Notes under the pieces: generated by a model
What the model was told of the DNA's origin: nothing
Databases searched by the model: none
What the model saw: only the letters and a program-made list of their open reading frames with translations
Program-made: the position numbers and the translations under genes
Source of the DNA: Eledone cirrhosa
Lineage: Eukaryota
Direction: 5' to 3'
DNA: 64,000 bases
Assembly: GCA_964016885.1 (NCBI GenBank)
Contig: OZ024740.1
Location: forward strand, 45,942,001 to 46,006,000
Shown: piece after piece, positions 57,801 through 64,000 of the stretch
Numbering within the stretch: the stretch's first letter is position 1
How the letters are laid out: each line of letters opens with the position of its first letter

Positions 57801-60800
57801 TGTTGTATGTAACAAGACATTGGTGTTGTACAGCAAGAATTAGGCCTACTGTCTATTGTTGTAATTAGACATTCGTGTTGTACAGCAAGAATTAGATCTA
57901 CTGTCTATTGTTGTATGTAACAAGATATTGGTGTTCTACAGCAAGAATTAGACCTACTGTCTATTGTTGTGTGTAAAAAGACATTGGTGTTGTACAGCAA
58001 GAATTCGATCTACTGTCTATTGTTGTATGAAACAAGATATTGGTGTTGTACAGCAAGAATTAGGCCTACTGTCTATTGTTGTGTGTCACAAGAGATTGGT
58101 GTTGTACAGCAAGAATTCGATCTACTCTCTATTGTTGTATGTAACAAGATATTGGTGTTGTACAGCAAGAATTAGGCCTACTGTCTGTTGTTGTGTGTAA
58201 CAAGATATTGGTGTTGTACAACAAGAATTAGACCTACTGTCTGTTGTTGTGTGTAACAAGATATTGGTGTTGTACAGCAAGAATTCGATCTACTCTCTAT
58301 TGTTGTATATAACAAGATATTGGTGTTGTACAGCAAGAATTAGGCCTACTGTCTATTGTTGTGTCACAAGAGATTGGTGTTGTACAGCAAGAATTAGACC
58401 TACTGTCTATTGTTGTATGTAACAGGATATGGTGTTGTACAGCAAGAATTAGACCTACTGTCTATTGTTGTATGTAACAAGATATTGGTCTTGTACAGCA
58501 AGAATTATACCTACTGTCTGTTGTTGTGTGTAACAAGATATTGGTGTTGTACAACAAGAATTAGACCTACTGTCTGTTGTTGTATGTAACAAGATATTGG
58601 TGTTGTACAGCAAGAATTAGATCTACTGTCTATTGTTGTGTGTAACAAGACCTTGGTGTTGTGGAGCAAAAATTAGATCTACTGTCTATTGTTGTGTGTA
58701 ACAATACATTGGTGTTGTACAGCAAGAATTCGATCTACTGTCTATTGTTGTATGTAACAAGATATTGGTGTTGTACAGCAAGAATTAGGCCTACTGTCTG
58801 TTGTTGTGTGTAACAAGATATTGGTGTTGTACTGCAAGAATTAGACCTACTGTCTGTTGTTGTGTGTAACAAGATATTGGTGTTGTACAGCAAGAATTAG
58901 ACCTACTGTCTATTGTTGTATGTAACAGGATATTGGTTTTGTACAGCAAGAATTAGACCTACTGTCTATTGTTGTATGTAACAAGATATTGGTGTTGTAC
59001 AGCAAGAATTAGGCCTACTGTCTATAGTTGTAATTAGACATTCGTGTTGTACAGCAAGAATTAGATCTACTGTCTATTGTTGTATGTAACAAGATATTGG
59101 TGTTGTACAGCAAGAATTAGACCTACTGTCTGTTGTTGTGTATAACAAGATATTGGTGTTGTACAGCAAGAATTAGATCTACTGTCTATTGTTGTGTGTA
59201 ACAAGATATTGGTGTTGTACAACAAGAATGAGATCTACTGTCTATTGTTGTGTGTAACAAGACATTGGTGTTGTACAGCAAGAATTAGATATACTGTCTA
59301 TTGTTGTGTGTAACAAGATATTGGTGTGGTACAGCAAGAATTAGGTCTACTGTCTATTGTTGTGTTTAACAAGATATTCGTGTTGTACAGCAAGAATTAG
59401 GCCTACTGTCTATTGTTGTAATTAGACATTCGTGTTGTACAGCAAGAATTAGATCTACTGTCTATTGTTGTATGTAACAAGATATTGGTGTTGTACAGCA
59501 AGAATTAGACCTACTGTCTATTGTTGTATGTAACAAGATATTGGTGTTGTACAGCAAGAATTAGACCTACTGTCTGTTGTTGTGTGTAACAAGACACTGG
59601 TGTTGTACAGCTAGAATTAGATCTAATGTCTATTGTTGAATGTAACAAGATATTGGTGTTGTACAGCAAGAATTAGATCTACTGTCTATTGTTGTATGTA
59701 ACAAGACATTGGTGTTGTACAGCAAGAATTAGGCCTACTGTCTATTGTTGTAATTAGACATTCGTGTTGTGCAGCAAGAATTAGATCTACTGTCTATTGT
59801 TGTATGTAACAAGATATTGGTGTTGTACAGCAAGAATTAGATCTACTGTCTATTGTTGTGTGTAACAAGACATTGGTGTTGTGCAGCAAGAATTAGATCT
59901 AGTGTCTATTGTTGTGTGTAACAATACATTGGTGTTGTACAGCAAGAATTCGATCTACTGTCTATTGTTGTGTGTCACAAGATATTGGTGTTGTACAGCT
60001 AGAATTAGATCTATTGTCTATTGTTGTATGTAACAAGATATTGGTGTTGTACTGCAAGAATTAGGCCTACTCTCTATTGTTGTGTGTAACAAGACACTGG
60101 TGTTGTACAGCAAGAATTAGGCTTACTGTCTATTGTTGTAATTAGACATTCGTGTTGTACAGCAAGAATTAAATCTACTGTCTATTGTTGTATGTAACAA
60201 GACATTGGTGTTGTACAGCAAGAATTAGACCTACTGTCTATTGTTGTGTGTAAAAAGACATTGGTGTTGTACAGCAAGAATTCGATCTACTGTCTATTGT
60301 TGTATGAAACAAGATATTGGTGTTGTACAGCAAGAATTAGGCCTACTGTCTATTGTTGTGTGTCACAAGAGATTGGTGTTGTACAGCAAGAATTCGATCT
60401 ACTCTCTATTGTTGTATGTAACAAGATATTGGTGTTGTACAGCAAGAATTAGGCCTACTGTCTGTTGTTGTGTGTAACAAGATATTGGTGTTGTACAACA
60501 AGAATTAGACCTACTGTCTGTTGTTGTGTGTAACAAGATATTGGTGTTGTACAGCAAGAATTCGATCTACTCTCTATTGTTGTATATAACAAGATATTGG
60601 TGTTGTACAGCAAGAATTAGGCCTACTGTCTATTGTTGTGTCACAAGAGATTGGTGTTGTACAGCAAGAATTAGACCTACTGTCTATTGTTGTATGTAAC
60701 AGGATATGGTGTTGTACAGCAAGAATTAGACCTACTGTCTATTGTTGTATGTAACAAGATATTGGTCTTGTACAGCAAGAATTATACCTACTGTCTGTTG

Positions 60801-63800
60801 TTGTGTGTAACAAGATATTGGTGTTGTACAACAAGAATTAGACCTACTGTCTGTTGTTGTATGTAACAAGATATTGGTGTTGTACAGCAAGAATTAGATC
60901 TACTGTCTATTGTTGTGTGTAACAAGACCTTGGTGTTGTGGAGCAAAAATTAGATCTACTGTCTATTGTTGTGTGTAACAATACATTGGTGTTGTACAGC
61001 AAGAATTCGATCTACTGTCTATTGTTGTATGTAACAAGATATTGGTGTTGTACAGCAAGAATTAGGCCTACTGTCTGTTGTTGTGTGTAACAAGATATTG
61101 GTGTTGTACTGCAAGAATTAGACCTACTGTCTGTTGTTGTGTGTAACAAGATATTGGTGTTGTACAGCAAGAATTAGACCTACTGTCTATTGTTGTATGT
61201 AACAGGATATTGGTTTTGTACAGCAAGAATTAGACCTACTGTCTATTGTTGTATGTAACAAGATATTGGTGTTGTACAGCAAGAATTAGGCCTACTGTCT
61301 ATAGTTGTAATTAGACATTCGTGTTGTACAGCAAGAATTAGATCTACTGTCTATTGTTGTATGTAACAAGATATTGGTGTTGTACAGCAAGAATTAGACC
61401 TACTGTCTGTTGTTGTGTATAACAAGATATTGGTGTTGTACAGCAAGAATTAGATCTACTGTCTATTGTTGTGTGTAACAAGATATTGGTGTTGTACAAC
61501 AAGAATGAGATCTACTGTCTATTGTTGTGTGTAACAAGACATTGGTGTTGTACAGCAAGAATTAGATATACTGTCTATTGTTGTGTGTAACAAGATATTG
61601 GTGTGGTACAGCAAGAATTAGGTCTACTGTCTATTGTTGTGTTTAACAAGATATTCGTGTTGTACAGCAAGAATTAGGCCTACTGTCTATTGTTGTAATT
61701 AGACATTCGTGTTGTACAGCAAGAATTAGATCTACTGTCTATTGTTGTATGTAACAAGATATTGGTGTTGTACAGCAAGAATTAGACCTACTGTCTATTG
61801 TTGTATGTAACAAGATATTGGTGTTGTACAGCAAGAATTAGACCTACTGTCTGTTGTTGTGTGTAACAAGACACTGGTGTTGTACAGCTAGAATTAGATC
61901 TAATGTCTATTGTTGAATGTAACAAGATATTGGTGTTGTACAGCAAGAATTAGATCTACTGTCTATTGTTGTATGTAACAAGACATTGGTGTTGTACAGC
62001 AAGAATTAGGCCTACTGTCTATTGTTGTAATTAGACATTCGTGTTGTGCAGCAAGAATTAGATCTACTGTCTATTGTTGTATGTAACAAGATATTGGTGT
62101 TGTACAGCAAGAATTAGATCTACTGTCTATTGTTGTGTGTAACAAGACATTGGTGTTGTGCAGCAAGAATTAGATCTAGTGTCTATTGTTGTGTGTAACA
62201 ATACATTGGTGTTGTACAGCAAGAATTCGATCTACTGTCTATTGTTGTGTGTCACAAGATATTGGTGTTGTACAGCTAGAATTAGATCTATTGTCTATTG
62301 TTGTATGTAACAAGATATTGGTGTTGTACTGCAAGAATTAGGCCTACTCTCTATTGTTGTGTGTAACAAGACACTGGTGTTGTACAGCAAGAATTAGGCT
62401 TACTGTCTATTGTTGTAATTAGACATTCGTGTTGTACAGCAAGAATTAAATCTACTGTCTATTGTTGTATGTAACAAGACATTGGTGTTGTACAGCAAGA
62501 ATTAGATCTACTGTCTATTGTTGTATGTAACAAGACATTGGTGTTGTACAGCAAGAATTAGGCCTACTGTCTATTGTTGTAATTAGACATTCGTGTTGTA
62601 CAGCAAGAATTAGATCTACTGTCTATTGTTGTATGTAACAAGATATTGGTGTTCTACAGCAAGAATTAGACCTACTGTCTATTGTTGTATGTAACAAGAC
62701 ATTGGTGTTGTGCAGCAAGAATTAGATCTACTGTCTATTGTTGTGTGTAAAAAGACATTGGTGTTGTACAGCAAGAATTCGATCTACTGTCTATTGTTGT
62801 ATGAAACAAGATATTGGTGTTGTACAGCAAGAATTAGGCCTACTGTCTATTGTTGTGTGTCACAAGAGATTGGTGTTGTACAGCAAGAATTCGATCTACT
62901 CTCTATTGTTGTATGTAACAAGATATTGGTGTTGTACAGCAAGAATTAGGCCTACTGTCTGTTGTTGTGTGTAACAAGATATTGGTGTTGTACAACAAGA
63001 ATTAGACCTACTGTCTGTTGTTGTGTGTAACAAGATATTGGTGTTGTACAGCAAGAATTCGATCTACTGTCTATTGTTGTATGTAACAAGATATTGGTGT
63101 TGTACAGCAAGAATTAGGCCTACTGTCTATTGTTGTGTGTCACAAGAGATTGGTGTTGTACAGCAAGAATTAGACCTACTGTCTATTGTTGTATGTAACA
63201 GGATATTGGTGTTGTACAGCAAGAATTAGACCTACTGTCTATTGTTGTATGTAACAAGATATTGGTCTTGTACAGCAAGAATTATACCTACTGTCTGTTG
63301 TTGTGTGTAACAAGATATTGGTGTTGTACAACAAGAATTAGACCTACTGTCTGTTGTTGTATGTAACAAGATATTGGTGTTGTACAGCAAGAATTAGATC
63401 TACTGTCTATTGTTGTGTGTAACAAGACATTGGTGTTGTGGAGCAAAAATTAGATCTACTGTCTATTGTTGTGTGTAACAATACATTGGTGTTGTACAGC
63501 AAGAATTCGATCTACTGTCTATTGTTGTATGTAACAAGATATTGGTGTTGTACAGCAAGAACTAGGCCTACTGTCTGTTGTTGTGTGTAACAAGATATTG
63601 GTGTTGTACTGCAAGATTTAGACCTACTGTCTGTTGTTGTGTGTAACAAGATATTGGTGTTGTACAGCAAGAATTAGACCTACTGTCTATTGTTGTATGT
63701 AACAGGATATTGGTGTTGTACAGCAAGAATTAGACCTACTGTCTATTGTTGTATGTAACAAGATATTGGTGTTGTACAGCAAGAATTAGGCCTACTGTCT

Positions 63801-64000
63801 ATAGTTGTAATTAGACATTCGTGTTGTACAGCAAGAATTAGATCTACTGTCTATTGTTGTATGTAACAAGATATTGGTGTTGTACAGCAAGAATTAGACC
63901 TACTGTCTGTTGTTGTGTATAACAAGATATTGGTGTTGTACAGCAAGAATTAGATCTACTGTCTATTGTTGTGTGTAACAAGATATTGGTGTTGTACAGC
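54890..64000. repeat. About four copies of a 2.3-2.5 kb higher-order unit
   Basis: Identical ORFs at 55523, 57964, 60241 and 62738 (spacings 2441, 2277, 2497). The ATGAAACAAG variant occurs once per copy. Confidence 0.88.

Larger units (their letters stand above)
1..64000. repeat. Tandem satellite DNA array, 56-bp consensus monomer with interspersed 52-bp variant; runs off both window ends
   Basis: Monomer starts recur at 56-bp spacing (e.g. 1271, 1327, 1383) throughout, always in the same orientation. No unique sequence was seen anywhere in the window. Confidence 0.99.
31171..64000. repeat. Right satellite sub-domain (variant set B)
   Basis: Diagnostic variants CAGCTAG, GATCTAGTG, AATGAGATC, GTGGAGCAA, TCACAAGAGA, GTGTAAAAAG, CTATAGTT, GACACTGG and GATCTAATG are common here and essentially absent from the left domain. 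Confidence 0.85.

Noticed and set aside
234-63229. All 27 short ORFs in the six-frame track (67-100 aa, Cys/Val/Leu-rich)
   Set aside because: They are translations of the 56-bp repeat cycling through frames. They are open only where variants (e.g. TAG to TCG or TAT, TAA to TCA, small indels) remove stops. No domain is recognisable, and identical ORFs simply mark duplicated blocks.
1-64000. CRISPR array
   Set aside because: There are no unique spacers: the whole unit is repeated with only point variants, and no cas genes or leader are present.
1-64000. Giant repetitive protein gene, or antigenic-variation or diversity-generating cassette array
   Set aside because: The unit length is not a multiple of 3, consensus stops (TAG, TAA) close frames every few monomers, and indels are not frame-preserving. 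Variants are inherited in blocks by duplication rather than being independently diversified.
1-64000. Transposon insertions, inversions, rRNA, tRNA or snRNA tandem genes
   Set aside because: No non-satellite sequence or strand switch was seen by eye. The monomer lacks a tRNA cloverleaf and any recognisable structural RNA motif.
1-64000. Telomerase-type telomeric repeat, suggested by the G/T-rich + strand
   Set aside because: There are no G-runs or canonical short telomere motif. The 56-bp unit with block-inherited variants fits recombination-driven satellite evolution, although a subtelomeric location cannot be excluded.

Overview
The whole 64 kb window is one uninterrupted, head-to-tail, single-orientation tandem array of about 1,150 monomers, most likely eukaryotic satellite DNA. 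The consensus monomer is 56 bp: ATCTACTGTCTATTGTTGTATGTAACAAGATATTGGTGTTGTACAGCAAGAATTAG (A17 T21 G12 C6, about 32% GC, no CpG). A recurrent 52-bp variant (GCCTACTGTCTATTGTTGTAATTAGACATTCGTGTTGTACAGCAAGAATTAG) is interspersed. I see no protein-coding genes, RNA genes, transposon insertions, inversions or CRISPR spacers. All listed ORFs are read-throughs of the repeat where variants remove stop codons. The informative signal is the arrangement of monomer variants: a left domain (about 1-28.6 kb), a simpler GACC-rich transition zone (about 28.6-31.2 kb) and a right domain (about 31.2-64 kb). The two domains have their own diagnostic variants and nested multi-kb duplications (periods 726, 833, about 2050-2110, 2277-2497, 2606, 3551, 4276, 4611 and 5819 bp). 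I cannot support a novel gene-based system here. Domain and duplication boundaries were read by eye and are approximate, and the organism and satellite family are not identifiable from the sequence alone.
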